Of a DNA stretch of 64,000 nucleotides, positions 37,737 to 47,971 are shown piece after piece. The stretch is from an uncultured Armatimonadetes bacterium. GTDB taxonomy: Bacteria; Armatimonadota; UBA5829; DTJY01. The notes below the pieces were generated by a model. It ran no database searches. It worked only from the letters and a program-made list of their open reading frames with translations, and was not told the DNA's origin. Location of the stretch: the NCBI GenBank assembly GCA_963717145.1, contig OY970325.1:1664001-1728000 (forward strand), given 5' to 3'. Made by a program: the position numbers and the translations under genes. Position 1 is the stretch's first letter, and the number at the start of each line of letters is the position of its first letter.

Positions 37737-39155
37737 TCATCCAGCCAGAATGAACAGCAGAGCGAATGCGACCGCGTTCGTACACGCATGGGCGACCATG
37801 TTCGGCAGCAGTGACCCGCGCTCCCTAAAGACTACCGCAAAGACCGCGCCGAGCACAAGTATCGGGAGCAGGCCGACCGGAAGCGGATGAACAAGGCCGA
37901 AGACGACGGCTGAGACGATCACTCCGGCGGCGACCCCCCATTTGGCCCTCAGGCTGTTGAAGAGGACACCGCGGAAGAACAACTCCTCGAAGAAGGGCGC
38001 TGCCACAACTGCCAGCATGAAGAGCGCCAGTTTGGCAACCCATGATTCGGACTCGATGAACAGCGGAACGATCGGATTCTCGTGCGATGGGATGAATCGA
38101 CTGACCCACTGCAGGATGAATATGCTCAACAACACGAGCGGGAGCGCCGCCGCATAGCCAGCGATCCCGGCGAACACATCGGCGAGTGGCCGTCGTGACC
38201 TCAGTCCGATCGACTCCCAGGTCATTCCGGCAGCGCGAAGGCGGTCGGCGAGTACGAAAACAGCCAGCAGCCCGGAAAGGACATAAGCAGTGGCGGCGAA
38301 GATCACATCGCCGGTCGCGCTGAGCTTCACCCCGGCAGCGGCGAGCCAGATTCCACCGAGCAACTGCACAACGACGATCGCCAGCATGTATCCCACGAAC
38401 GCTTCGAGCAGGTATCCGGACACCCTCGCCCGCACGACGGGATCGTCGCTCGCGGATGGCAGATCGGCGCTTCCGACGCCCTTCGGCGTCTTGCCGGCGT
38501 ACCAGATGAGCAACCCGATGCCGACAAGCCCGAGAGCGCCGAGCACCAGGATCAGCACCACCGCGTATACAAGTGTGTGCAAAGCTTCACTCCCTGCGAT
38601 CCCCTTCTGTTCCTGCGCCTGCTCACTCAGGCCTGCACGTGCGTAGAGATGGCTCAGAGCTATGTGCTCGTACCAGCCAAGGTGGAGCCGCCGGATGCGC
38701 TGCTGATAGACGGCTACCTTGGAGAGATCGATCTTGTCTGCCAGATAGATGTCCCTCCACATCGCCGATTCCGACGGACTGAGTTTCCCGAGGTGTTCGG
38801 TCGCTTTGCGCGAAGATTCATGGCTCAGGATGATCAACCGCCGATAGACATCGGGACTGGGATCTTCGCGGATGGACCGCTCGTAAAGCTCAGCAGCAAG
38901 GGTGTAGGCCTGCCCGGCATTCGCTCTCAGGAGAGGGAAGGAGTGAGAATAGTAATATGCTGTCTTGGCCTGGAGGTCGCCCTGCAGAGTTTTCTCGGAT
39001 ATCGAGGCCGGTTCGACAACCCGCATCCCTTCGAACTGCGCGACCGCTATGCCGATCAGGATGACGGCCAGAAGAGCCAGAAGCAGTATGAACCTGCCCT
39101 GAGGGTATCCCCTGCCCTGCTCCGGGTTCTCCACCGGTTGGTCGCTGAGTTCCAC
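37737..39155 (-). CDS. CPBP (CAAX/Abi) family intramembrane metalloprotease
   Basis: APFFEELFFRG, FGLVH, AHACTN motifs. Confidence 0.93.
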   Translation of the reverse strand: MELSDQPVENPEQGRGYPQGRFILLLALLAVILIGIAVAQFEGMRVVEPASISEKTLQGDLQAKTAYYYSHSFPLLRANAGQAYTLAAELYERSIREDPSPDVYRRLIILSHESSRKATEHLGKLSPSESAMWRDIYLADKIDLSKVAVYQQRIRRLHLGWYEHIALSHLYARAGLSEQAQEQKGIAGSEALHTLVYAVVLILVLGALGLVGIGLLIWYAGKTPKGVGSADLPSASDDPVVRARVSGYLLEAFVGYMLAIVVVQLLGGIWLAAAGVKLSATGDVIFAATAYVLSGLLAVFVLADRLRAAGMTWESIGLRSRRPLADVFAGIAGYAAALPLVLLSIFILQWVSRFIPSHENPIVPLFIESESWVAKLALFMLAVVAAPFFEELFFRGVLFNSLRAKWGVAAGVIVSAVVFGLVHPLPVGLLPILVLGAVFAVVFRERGSLLPNMVAHACTNAVAFALLFILAG

Positions 39156-39172
39156 TTATGCTTACACTGCCC

Positions 39173-39469
39173 CTACGGCCTCCACACTGGGCCCCACCAC
39201 AACCGGTTGATCAACCCCTGGATGACACCGAGCGCGACAATCGCCAACAACGGCGAAAGATCGAGGCCTCCGGTGTTATACCGAGAAAGCACTCGGCGGA
39301 ACGGCCGGATCACCGGATCGGTGATCCGATCGAGCAGCCGCATGAAGTCCGGATACTTGCGGCTAAGGTCCGGTACCCAGGACATGATCGCCCTGACGAT
39401 GATCAGGACGGTGAGTACGGTTATGGCTTTGTCTACCAGATACAGGACTATGCCAAGCATCGGATTCAC
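39173..39469 (-). CDS. yggT: YggT family membrane protein
   Basis: RAIMSW, ITDPVIRPFR, GLDLSP; GTG start after GGAGG. Confidence 0.92.
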   Translation of the reverse strand: MNPMLGIVLYLVDKAITVLTVLIIVRAIMSWVPDLSRKYPDFMRLLDRITDPVIRPFRRVLSRYNTGGLDLSPLLAIVALGVIQGLINRLWWGPVWRP

Positions 39470-39511
39470 GGTGTACCTCCCGCAGTAGCAAAATCCCCCG
39501 ACCTGATGGCT

Positions 39512-39577
39512 GTAGCCTAGCCCCTTGTGGGCGTCCGGCTCTGGTCTCAGTCGAACGCCCACAAGGGGCTAGGCTAC
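39512..39577. repeat. GTAG-type REP palindrome
   Basis: GTAGCCTAGCCCCTTGTGGGCG...CGCCCACAAGGGGCTAGGCTAC. Confidence 0.88.
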
Positions 39578-39632
39578 GGGTGTCAGGCCAGGGGAACATC
39601 AAACCTGGTATGCCTCGATCACGCACGAATGA

Positions 39633-40451
39633 TCAGCTCTTCGATGCGTTACCGATCGCCTTCGACCTCACGGTCGCAGCGGTGACCGCCCTCATCAGGG
39701 AGGACCGGAAACCTGCTTCTTCCAGGGCGGCGATGCCTGCGATAGTAGTGCCGCCGGGAGTCGTGACCTTGTCTCGAAGCTCGGCCGGATGCTCGCCGGT
39801 CTCGATCACCATCTTCGCGGCGCCGAGGACCGTCTGGGCTGCCAGAGTCAATGCCGCGTCGCGAGGAAGACCAACCTGGATGCCGCCCGCCATGAGCGCT
39901 TCTATCATCATGTAGACATAGGCCGGCCCGCTCCCACTCAGCCCGGTCACGGCGTCCATCTTGTCCTCGGTCACACGAACGACCACACCACACGCGCTGA
40001 ATATCTCTGCGGCCAGGTCCATCTGATCGGGAACGGCGCGTCTGCCCGGAGCGATGGCGATCGCTCCCTCGCTGATGAGACACGGAGTGTTCGGCATCAC
40101 GCGGATGACGGAGACCTCCTCCTCGAGCATCTGCTCGATCGTGGCTGTAGTGATGCCGGCCGCGATCGAGATGACCAATTGCCTCGGCGTGACTACATTG
40201 CCCAGGCTCTCGAGCGCGTCAGCCATCACGAACGGCTTCACCGCCAGGATGAGGATGTCGGACGATTCGGCGACGGACCGATTGTCGGCGACGGCTCTGA
40301 TTCCCATTCCGCTGAACAGAGCGCGTCTCTTCTCGTCGGGGTCGAACGCCGTAACGGCATCTGACGAGACTCCCGCTTTGAGGAGGCCGCGAGCGATGGC
40401 CTCGGCCATCATCCCCGCGCCTATGAAACCGATCTTCTTGCCTTGCAGCAT
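39633..40451 (-). CDS. proC: Pyrroline-5-carboxylate reductase
   Basis: GFIGAG, RVMPNTP, SGSGPAY, VTTPGGTT. Confidence 0.97.
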   Translation of the reverse strand: MLQGKKIGFIGAGMMAEAIARGLLKAGVSSDAVTAFDPDEKRRALFSGMGIRAVADNRSVAESSDILILAVKPFVMADALESLGNVVTPRQLVISIAAGITTATIEQMLEEEVSVIRVMPNTPCLISEGAIAIAPGRRAVPDQMDLAAEIFSACGVVVRVTEDKMDAVTGLSGSGPAYVYMMIEALMAGGIQVGLPRDAALTLAAQTVLGAAKMVIETGEHPAELRDKVTTPGGTTIAGIAALEEAGFRSSLMRAVTAATVRSKAIGNASKS

Positions 40452-40480
40452 GGTGTCAATCCCCTGCGGGCCAGCGCCTA

Positions 40481-40558
40481 CGATGTTGGGTCTGGAGTTG
40501 GACTCCAGACCCCTCCGTCGGGTACGCGGTCCGGAGTCCAACTCCAGACCCAACATCG
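40481..40558. repeat. REP-like palindrome related to the inner element at 12130-12209
   Basis: CGATGTTGGGTCTGGAGTTGGACTCC...GGAGTCCAACTCCAGACCCAACATCG. Confidence 0.85.
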
Positions 40559-40571
40559 CAAGCGACGGCCA

Positions 40572-41021
40572 CTACACTCCGGTATCGAAGATGCTCGTGC
40601 TGACTTTGCGCAGGTCGTCGGGCACCTCGATCACGACGTTACTCGGGGCGAACAGATAGACCCGATCGCCGACCTTCTCGACGAACCCGTTGAGCGCGTA
40701 TGTGACGCCGTTCAGGAAGTCGATGATCCGCTCGGACATCTCCTGGGGCGTCTTCTCGAGGTTGACTATCTGCTGCCGGCCTTCCTTGAGACCGTCGGCA
40801 GCGAGTCGCGCGTCTTCGAATGTGACCGGCAGCCTGATTGACACGTGACTTACCCTCGTGGACTGGAGTCGAAGAGTGACGGGCCGCCTGCGGGCTTCGT
40901 CTCCCGGATGGCCGTCGTCCTCGTAGTCATCCTCTTCGACCTCTGAGATGCCGATCAACCCCTTGATCGTCGTCAAGAAGCCACGCTTCTCGAGATCATC
41001 CGTGGACATATGATTGTTCAT
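40572..41021 (-). CDS. sepF: Cell division protein SepF
   Basis: QIVNLE...RIIDFLNG...YLFAPSNV; yggS-sepF-proC synteny. Confidence 0.93.
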   Translation of the reverse strand: MNNHMSTDDLEKRGFLTTIKGLIGISEVEEDDYEDDGHPGDEARRRPVTLRLQSTRVSHVSIRLPVTFEDARLAADGLKEGRQQIVNLEKTPQEMSERIIDFLNGVTYALNGFVEKVGDRVYLFAPSNVVIEVPDDLRKVSTSIFDTGV

Positions 41022-41066
41022 CGCGGGCACTCCTTCTTCCTCTAAGACCAACCGTGCAATCTATCC

Positions 41067-41139
41067 GTAGTGGCCATGCCTCTGTGCCGGCCATGCTCTG
41101 CGGCTGTCCCAATGGCCGGCACAGAGGCACGGCCACTAC
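41067..41139. repeat. GTAG-type REP palindrome family A
   Basis: GTAGTGGCCATGCCTCTGTGCCGGCCAT...ATGGCCGGCACAGAGGCACGGCCACTAC. Confidence 0.92.
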
Positions 41140-41152
41140 AATCTGTCGCTGA

Positions 41153-41824
41153 TTACCGACGCGGGCCGAAGATGGCTGTGCCGATTCGCACCATGTTGGA
41201 GCCTTCCTCGATTGCCGCCTCGAAATCCGAGGTCATTCCCATTGATAACCATTTCCGGTTATCGGTGGGAAGTTCCTCCCAAAGTTTTCTGAGTTGCGAA
41301 AATGATCGGCAGATCGCGGCTTCGTCGTCGGTGAACGGAGCGATCCCCATCATCCCCAGCACTTTCACGCCGGGGAGCGCTGAGACGTCTCCCGCAAGCC
41401 CGAGTGCCTCATCCGGCGAGATGCCGGTCTTGGTCTCCTCCCCGGAGATGTTGACCTCGACGAGCACGTGCTGCGTCTTTCCGATCGAGGAGGCCCTCTT
41501 CCCGATCTCCTGCGCGAGCGGGAGGTTGTCGACACTCTGGATCAGGTCGAACACCCTGACGGCGTGCCCGGTCTTGTTCCGCTGGAGATGACCGATCATG
41601 TGCCATCGAACCTGGCCGCCAATGATGTCATACTTAGCGACCGAATCCTGGACATAGTTCTCCCCGATATCAGTCACACCGTCGGCGATCGCTTCCTGGA
41701 TGGCCACCGCATCGACCGTCTTGGTGACGGCAACCAGAACGATATCCCCGGGATCCCTGCCGGCACGTTCCGCGGCTGTGACGATACGCTCTCGAACACG
41801 GAGCAGGTTGTCGGCGATTGACAT
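41153..41824 (-). CDS. yggS: PLP homeostasis protein YggS
   Basis: VAVTK, GENYVQ, WHMIGHLQRNK, LSMGMT, VRIGTAIFG. Confidence 0.97.
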   Translation of the reverse strand: MSIADNLLRVRERIVTAAERAGRDPGDIVLVAVTKTVDAVAIQEAIADGVTDIGENYVQDSVAKYDIIGGQVRWHMIGHLQRNKTGHAVRVFDLIQSVDNLPLAQEIGKRASSIGKTQHVLVEVNISGEETKTGISPDEALGLAGDVSALPGVKVLGMMGIAPFTDDEAAICRSFSQLRKLWEELPTDNRKWLSMGMTSDFEAAIEEGSNMVRIGTAIFGPRR

Positions 41825-41910
41825 ATCCGGACACCTGTAACACTTGCTCAGTTGGCGGCATTATAGCACAAAGGGACTGCTCGAACAACGGACTGCCGGT
41901 CTTGGTGACG

Positions 41911-41982
41911 GCTGTCATTCTGAGCGTAGCGAAGAATCTGTCTGCGCACGGCCAGATTCTTCGCTACGCTCAGAATGACAGC
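41911..41982. repeat. REP-like palindrome GTCATTCTGAGCGTAGCGAAGAATCT
   Basis: Perfect 30-bp arms with a 12-nt spacer. Confidence 0.92.
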
Positions 41983-41990
41983 GGCGGCGA

Positions 41991-42775
41991 TCACGTTTTT
42001 CTCCCCACGAAGAAAGCCCGATCGCTCCTCTTGCTTGCCGGTCGGAACGAGTAGCCGTTGTAGACGGCATCGACTTCGATGCCGGAGGTCCGAAGCATGG
42101 CGCAGATCTCCTCTATGTCGTATGCGCGCTGGTAGTGGACAAGCTCGATCTCCCTCGGCTCGGGGCCTCTGCGGTACAGGAATCTCATGTCGATGCGGCA
42201 TATGCGGGTAAGGCTGTTGTAGGAGCTTTTCCAGTCATAGAGGACCGGCCCCAGGAAACGGCGTTACTCTGATCGAAGAACCCGGCGGCGAGTGCGAACT
42301 CCGTATTCATGTCGAATATGAAGAGCCCGTCATGCTCGAGGTGCGCAGAAACACGGTCGAATGCCTGCTGGAGCTTGTCGGCTTCGAGGATGTAGTTCAG
42401 GCTGTCGAACAGCGAGATCACGAGGTCGAACTTCCCCGGGATCGAGAGCTTTGACGCATCGCCCACGTGGAATTCGATCTCTCGCCCGGCCTTCCGCGCC
42501 TTCGACCGAGCGATCTCGATCATCTCGGGCGAAATGTCGACACCGGTCACATCAAAGTGGCGCTCGGCCATCAGGATGCTCGCGCTCCCCGTCCCGCAGC
42601 AGAGATCGAGCACACGGCCCGGTTTGCGGCCCGCACGGCGCAGGATGCGCTCGACGTAGTTGACCCACTCGGAGTAAGGCACTCCCGTCATCAACTCGTC
42701 GTAAAGGAAAGCGATCTCGTCGAACTGCGCGGAGATCGATGCAGGCTCATCCAGTCCCTTGGGCTTCATGAGCAC
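41991..42775 (-). CDS. Class I SAM-dependent methyltransferase with an apparent 1-bp frameshift near 42250
   Basis: LDLCCGTG, DSLNY, FIFDMNT; one extra G in the run at 42249-42252 joins ...SWGPVLYDWK...HYQRAY...FFVGRKT*. Confidence 0.85.
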
Positions 42776-42816
42776 AGTCTACCACAGGCGGAGGGGAAGT
42801 GAACAGGGGACGGTCG

Positions 42817-44502
42817 TCAAGCGGAACGGAGGATCGGCGCTGAACGACCGCGCTCGGCATCGGCGGTCATCCTCTCGATGATCAGCGAGGGCGGGATGGC
42901 CCCGAAGCTGAGGAACTCGTCATGGAAGCGTTTGAGGTCGAACCGGCTGCCGAGTTTGCGCTTCACCTGGTCCCTCAGATCGAGGAGCATCAGCTTGCCG
43001 ACCACATAGGTCATCGGCTGAGTAGGGCTCATCGCGTAGCGTTTCACCTCGGCGGCAGCGCACGCTTCATCAATACATGCCTTATCCACCAACATACCGA
43101 CCGCCTCTTCGAACGTCATCCCGCCCGTATGCAGGCCCACGTCTATGATCACCCGGCATGCGCGCCATAGCATGTCCTTGAGCTGGAACAACTCGATTCG
43201 GGGGTCATTGTAGAACCCCTCGTCCTGCATCAACTCCTCGCAGTAGAGCGCCCAACCTTCCATCAAGAGGCTGTTCAGCATCTGCCTCCGCAGGGGGTAC
43301 GGCGAGTCCATCGCCCTGGTGAGTTGGAGATGATGGCCCGGGAACCCCTCGTGAAGCGCGATGATCGGGATAGAGTAGACACAGTGCTCCAGAAGCTGTG
43401 CTTTCTGCTGCTCCTCTGTCGCCGTCTCGTCGATCGGTGTCACCCAGATGCAGCCGTTCTTCTTGTCACTGAAGGGCGCCGGTGGGAAGTATGCGGCGTA
43501 GGGCATCACGTTGCGTTCAACCTCGGGAGTGATGCCAACGTCCAACGGTGCGTCGTCAGGAACAGTGACGAGATCGTGCTCCAGGATGAAATCCCTTGCG
43601 GATTCGAATGCTTTGCGGTACGCGTCCACCAGGTCTCCCTTCGAAGGGTGGTCGTGCTTCAACCTGGATATCAATGCCGGCCAGGGAACGGATGGATCGA
43701 TGGCGGCGGAGACCTCGGCAATCCGGGTCTGAGTTTCGAGCAGAACTCTGGTCCCCAGTGCCACCAGATCGCTCGAAGTACAGGTCATGCAATGCTCGTG
43801 GTGGAGCATCTGCTCGTAGACATCGCCACCGACAGCCAGATCGCCGTGTGCGTTCGGGAGCACCTCTCCCCGGAGCCATTTATCATAGGATTCGAATGCA
43901 CGGATGACCGTCTCATTGGCAGTCAGGGTCTCCCGCTCAATCCGAGTACCGGCGGAGATCGCGGGCAATTCGTCGCGGAAGAACGCAAGCGCTCCCCGGT
44001 TGACGCCGAGCGCGATCTCGACAAAGACGGACGCAGGGTTGCGAATGCTCTCCTTCGAAATCGACAGCATCTCGGGGATCTCCCGCATCCTCTCCAGCAT
44101 GAGGGGCAGCACCTCTTGCGGTGAGCCGGGATTCCTCATCAGCAGGCTCAGGCAGCCCCATACAGCCTGAGAACCGTACAGACTGGGGTTGTTCTCCCAT
44201 GAGCGCTGCTCGTCGAGCATGCAAAGATAGCTGTGGGCAAGGGCAATCGCGAGCCGACGATTGAGTTCCTGATCGACGTCAAGCATTGAGGGATCGACAT
44301 CCGTTTCGAGCCCCTTGACGCACCTGCTCAGCGAACTGCAGTAACCTTTGATGGCGTGAGAGGAGAGGTCCCCAAGGGTGTGATCATACTTCTGGACGCC
44401 AAGTATGGTTGCGCCGACCGTATTGGACTGCCAGATCGTCTCAAGAATGCAATTGGAAAGGTGTTCCAGGCGTTCAGTGTTCTCATTGCCGGGTATGGAC
44501 AC
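42817..44502 (-). CDS. DUF885 family protein (putative metallopeptidase)
   Basis: HEGFPGHHLQ, EGWALYCE, RACRVIIDVGLH, PTQPMTY. Confidence 0.93.
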   Translation of the reverse strand: MSIPGNENTERLEHLSNCILETIWQSNTVGATILGVQKYDHTLGDLSSHAIKGYCSSLSRCVKGLETDVDPSMLDVDQELNRRLAIALAHSYLCMLDEQRSWENNPSLYGSQAVWGCLSLLMRNPGSPQEVLPLMLERMREIPEMLSISKESIRNPASVFVEIALGVNRGALAFFRDELPAISAGTRIERETLTANETVIRAFESYDKWLRGEVLPNAHGDLAVGGDVYEQMLHHEHCMTCTSSDLVALGTRVLLETQTRIAEVSAAIDPSVPWPALISRLKHDHPSKGDLVDAYRKAFESARDFILEHDLVTVPDDAPLDVGITPEVERNVMPYAAYFPPAPFSDKKNGCIWVTPIDETATEEQQKAQLLEHCVYSIPIIALHEGFPGHHLQLTRAMDSPYPLRRQMLNSLLMEGWALYCEELMQDEGFYNDPRIELFQLKDMLWRACRVIIDVGLHTGGMTFEEAVGMLVDKACIDEACAAAEVKRYAMSPTQPMTYVVGKLMLLDLRDQVKRKLGSRFDLKRFHDEFLSFGAIPPSLIIERMTADAERGRSAPILRSA

Positions 44503-44537
44503 TACTGATACTCCTTCTATTCAACACCCCGAGTTTT

Positions 44538-44569
44538 CGGGCGACCGTAGAAGGATCGCCCCTACGGAC
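44538..44569. repeat. Half copy of REP family C
   Basis: CGGGCGACCGTAGAAGGATCGCCCCTACGGAC. Confidence 0.8.
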
Positions 44570-44664
44570 TGACGTACATGCACGCTCGCAGCCCGCGCCG
44601 GCGCTGAGAGGACTACATCAATTATCGGTATACTTGCCTGGGTCTTTAGCCACAAAGCGGGGGA

Positions 44665-44780
44665 AATGGTTGATGGTGAATGGTTGATGGTTGATGGTTC
44701 ATGGTACATGGTTGATGGGGGACGGTCTCCATTCCCCATTACCCGCCCCCAATAACCATTGACCATCAACCGTTTACCAT
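44665..44780. repeat. Inverted heptamer tandem repeat (ATGGTTG)n...(ACCATYR)n
   Basis: About eight ATGGTNN units followed by reverse units; overlaps the rhaB stop. Confidence 0.88.
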
Positions 44781-46250
44781 ACCCACGAAGCGGGCGTAGG
44801 CGTCCTCGATCGCGTCGTCGGGCTGCGGCTCGTAGGCGATGACCTCGAACGAGTTGCGAACGATCTCCCTGCCCTGCTCGAGGGAGCCGATATGCCCGAG
44901 CCCGATGGCCTGAACGATGATGTTCCCGATCGCGGTGGCCTCGATCGGGCCTGCGATGACCGGGCGGCGCATCGCATTGGCGGCGAGTTGGCAAAGAAGT
45001 CTGTTCTGCGTGCCTCCGCCGACCATATGTATCCGATCGAGCCGATGACCGGTCAGCACTTCCAGGCGTTCCAGCACCCAGCGGTACTTCAGGGCGAGGC
45101 TGTCGAGCGCGGTCCGCACGATCGAGCCGACATCCTCCGGCACGGGCTGATTCGTCCGCTTGCAGAACTCCCGGATGCGCGACGGCATATCACCCGGAGG
45201 GAGGAACGACTGATCGTCAGGGTCCACGAGCGACTTGAGAGACTCGGCTGAGGATGCCATGTCGGTCAACTCGGCGTATGAGTAGTCCCTGCCCTCTTTC
45301 TGCCACGTCCGGCGGCACTCCTGAACGAGCCAGAGGCCCATGATGTTCCTCAGCACGCGGAACGTGCCTGCGACACCGCCCTCGTTGGTAAAGTTAAGCT
45401 TCTGGGTCGTATCATTGATGATCGGCTGCTTCGACTCGATGCCCATGAGCGACCAAGTCCCGGAGCTGATGTACGCGTAAGACTCCGTGGTGCATGGGAC
45501 GGCGGCGACGGCGGATCCGGTATCGTGGGTCGCCGGCGCGATGAACGGAATCGCACCCGAGCCGATCTCATCCGCCACCGACTGCCGGATGTTGCCGAGG
45601 ACCGTGCCAGGCTGCACGATGTCGGCGCTCAGGAAGTGACTCGGGATGCCGAGCTTCTCGAGCATCTCCTTCGCCCACGTGCCGGTTCGCGGATTGTAGA
45701 ACTGCGTGGTCGTCGAGTCGGTGAACTCGTTTGCCTTGACGCCCGTGAACCAGAAGTTGAGCAGGTCGGGCATCATCAGCATCGTCTTCGCCACATCGAG
45801 GATCCACCGCTCAGTTCGGGAAGCGGCGAACATCTGGAACAGGGTGTTCAACTGCATGAACTGGATGCCGGTCTGCGCGTAGATCTCGCTCTTCGGAACG
45901 ATCTTCGCGGCCTCTTCGACCATCCCGTTGGCTCGAGGATCGCGGTAGGCTCGGGGGTTCTCGATAAGGATATCATCCGGGCCGAGGAGACCATAGTCCA
46001 CGCCCCAGGTATCGACTCCGGCTCCGGCGACATCCTTGCCGTGCTCCTGGACCGTCGCGCGCAGGCCGTGCTTCATCTCGCTGAAGAGCCGTAGCGCATC
46101 CCAATACAGGCGGTCACCCAGCCACACGGGCGTGCTCAGCCAGCGATGTGTCTCGGTAAGGGACAGCTTCCCTTCATCCAGCAACCCGAGCACCGATCTT
46201 CCGCTCTCCGCCCCAAGGTCGAACGCCACGAATTTGAGTCCGCCTGCCAT
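44766..46250 (-). CDS. rhaB: Rhamnulokinase family sugar kinase
   Basis: AFDLGAESGR, DTWGVDY, HDTGSA, ISSGTWSLMG, EATAIGN. Confidence 0.93.
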   Translation of the reverse strand: MAGGLKFVAFDLGAESGRSVLGLLDEGKLSLTETHRWLSTPVWLGDRLYWDALRLFSEMKHGLRATVQEHGKDVAGAGVDTWGVDYGLLGPDDILIENPRAYRDPRANGMVEEAAKIVPKSEIYAQTGIQFMQLNTLFQMFAASRTERWILDVAKTMLMMPDLLNFWFTGVKANEFTDSTTTQFYNPRTGTWAKEMLEKLGIPSHFLSADIVQPGTVLGNIRQSVADEIGSGAIPFIAPATHDTGSAVAAVPCTTESYAYISSGTWSLMGIESKQPIINDTTQKLNFTNEGGVAGTFRVLRNIMGLWLVQECRRTWQKEGRDYSYAELTDMASSAESLKSLVDPDDQSFLPPGDMPSRIREFCKRTNQPVPEDVGSIVRTALDSLALKYRWVLERLEVLTGHRLDRIHMVGGGTQNRLLCQLAANAMRRPVIAGPIEATAIGNIIVQAIGLGHIGSLEQGREIVRNSFEVIAYEPQPDDAIEDAYARFVGMVNG

Positions 46251-46311
46251 GACAACCTCCCCAGTAAGCAATCCTGGGCAATTCTACCAGAATCCTTCCG
46301 GGCGGTAAAGG

Positions 46312-46479
46312 CTCTGGAGTGCGGAAGCTACGCGGACTCCGCTTCCGCACTCCAAAGGACTTGCTCGGCCATATGTCGAACTCCCCCTTTGGAGTGCGGT
46401 GGCTTGACACCGCTCTTGACTCCGTATCACAGTGCGAGATGGTGGTCAAGGCGGTGTCAAGCCACCGCACTCCAGAGGG
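46312..46479. repeat. Two adjacent TGGAGTGCGG...CCGCACTCCA palindromes
   Basis: 46312-46357 and 46385-46479 (TGGAGTGCGGTGGCTTGACACCGC...GCGGTGTCAAGCCACCGCACTCCA). Confidence 0.88.
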
Positions 46480-46496
46480 CCCAGGAGGTCGGGGAC

Positions 46497-47933
46497 ATGG
46501 ACAAGCCGTGTGATTGCATGATGAACCGGCGGAGGTTCCTTCAGGCGGCGGGTGGCACACTCGCATGCTGGTCACTTCTTCCGCTGACAGAGTCAATGGT
46601 CTGCGCTGGCCCACTTAGCCGTACACCGGTCTTCCCGAAGTCGAAAGCCAAAGTGGGACTGGTATTCTGCCACGTTCCATCAGGACATCCTACCTGGCCG
46701 ACGAAGGACTACGACTACGACGCCCGAGCGAAGGAACTCACCACCAAATTGACGGAAGAATGCCCGCAGGTTGATTTCATAGTGAAGGATGCGCACAACG
46801 CGGGCGAGGCCGCTGCCATCCTCAAGGAGCTGCCCGACGTGGATGGCTTCCTGGTTTACGTGATCGGCATCTGGACGAACGTGCCGAATGCCATCATGCG
46901 ATCCGGCAAGCCCGTCGTGCTGGTAGACGACCTCTATGCCGGATCGGGTGAGGTGCTGATCCAGAGCGGCGTCGCTCGCAGGGAGAAGCTTCCGGTCGCC
47001 GTCGTCAGCTCGTCCGAGATTCACGACGTGGCTGATGCGGCCGATCTCTTTGTGGTCATCCACTCCATGAAGGAAACGCGGATACTCGATGTGGTCGACT
47101 ACGATATTACGGCCGCGTCTGGCAAGATCAAGGAGACCGTCGGCGCGACGGTGATCAAAATGGACTCCCAGGAGATGGCGTCCTACTACTCCAGGGCCGA
47201 CGAGAAGGAGGCCGCTCAATGGGCCGACCTCTGGATCGGCCAGGCGAAGAGGGTCGTCGAGCCGTCGAGGGACGAGCTGATCAAGTCGGGCAGAATGTAC
47301 CTCGCCCTGAGCAGCGCGTGTGCCGAAAAGAGGGCCGATGCCGTGAGCATGGATTGCCTCGGCATGTTCTACACGGGCCGGGTGACCGCATACCCATGCC
47401 TCTCCCACTTCCAGTTCAACAACGACGGCGGCACCGGCGTCTGCGAGGGAGACCTCAACTCGACGTGCACTCAGCTCATGATGCGATACATGACGGGACG
47501 GCCGGGATACGTTTCCGATCCGGTGATCGATACCGCGACGGATGAGATCATATATGCCCACTGCGTCGGCTCGAACCGCATGTTCGGTCCGAAGGGCAAG
47601 GCGAACCCGTATATCATCCGCTCGCACGCGGAGGACCGGAATGGCGCGTCGATCCAGTCGCTCATGCCCTCGAATGAGCCGATCACGACGCTGGCCTTCG
47701 ACGTGTGGAGCAGGACCATCGTGCTGCATACGGCGAGGACGACCCGTAACATCGATGAGTCGAAGGCATGCCGAACGAAGCTGGCCGCGAAGACGAATGC
47801 CCAGGCGGTCCTCGACAATTGGAGCATGGGCTGGCACCGCGTCACCGTCTACGGCGACTGGCGCAAGCAGGTGATCAACCTGGCGCGGCTCTGCGGCATG
47901 ACAGTGGTCGAGGAAGACAAGGTCGCCGGATGA
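46497..47933 (+). CDS. TAT-signal protein, L-fucose/L-arabinose isomerase-like
   Basis: NRRRFL twin-arginine signal; MDCL, PCL, CEGD, YAHC, CRTK motifs resembling the FucI/AraA fold (inferred). Confidence 0.7.
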   Translation: MDKPCDCMMNRRRFLQAAGGTLACWSLLPLTESMVCAGPLSRTPVFPKSKAKVGLVFCHVPSGHPTWPTKDYDYDARAKELTTKLTEECPQVDFIVKDAHNAGEAAAILKELPDVDGFLVYVIGIWTNVPNAIMRSGKPVVLVDDLYAGSGEVLIQSGVARREKLPVAVVSSSEIHDVADAADLFVVIHSMKETRILDVVDYDITAASGKIKETVGATVIKMDSQEMASYYSRADEKEAAQWADLWIGQAKRVVEPSRDELIKSGRMYLALSSACAEKRADAVSMDCLGMFYTGRVTAYPCLSHFQFNNDGGTGVCEGDLNSTCTQLMMRYMTGRPGYVSDPVIDTATDEIIYAHCVGSNRMFGPKGKANPYIIRSHAEDRNGASIQSLMPSNEPITTLAFDVWSRTIVLHTARTTRNIDESKACRTKLAAKTNAQAVLDNWSMGWHRVTVYGDWRKQVINLARLCGMTVVEEDKVAG

Positions 47934-47936
47934 GGA

Positions 47937-47963
47937 ACCACGGAGGCACGGAGGGCACGGAGA
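47937..47963 (+). repeat. Short CACGGAG tandem repeat
   Basis: AACCACGGAGGCACGGAGGGCACGGAG between two genes. Confidence 0.6.
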
Positions 47964-47971
47964 AGGGGAGG

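Noticed and set aside
44665-44780. Tandem and palindromic repeats as a CRISPR array
   Set aside because: No constant repeat separated by unique spacers and no cas genes.
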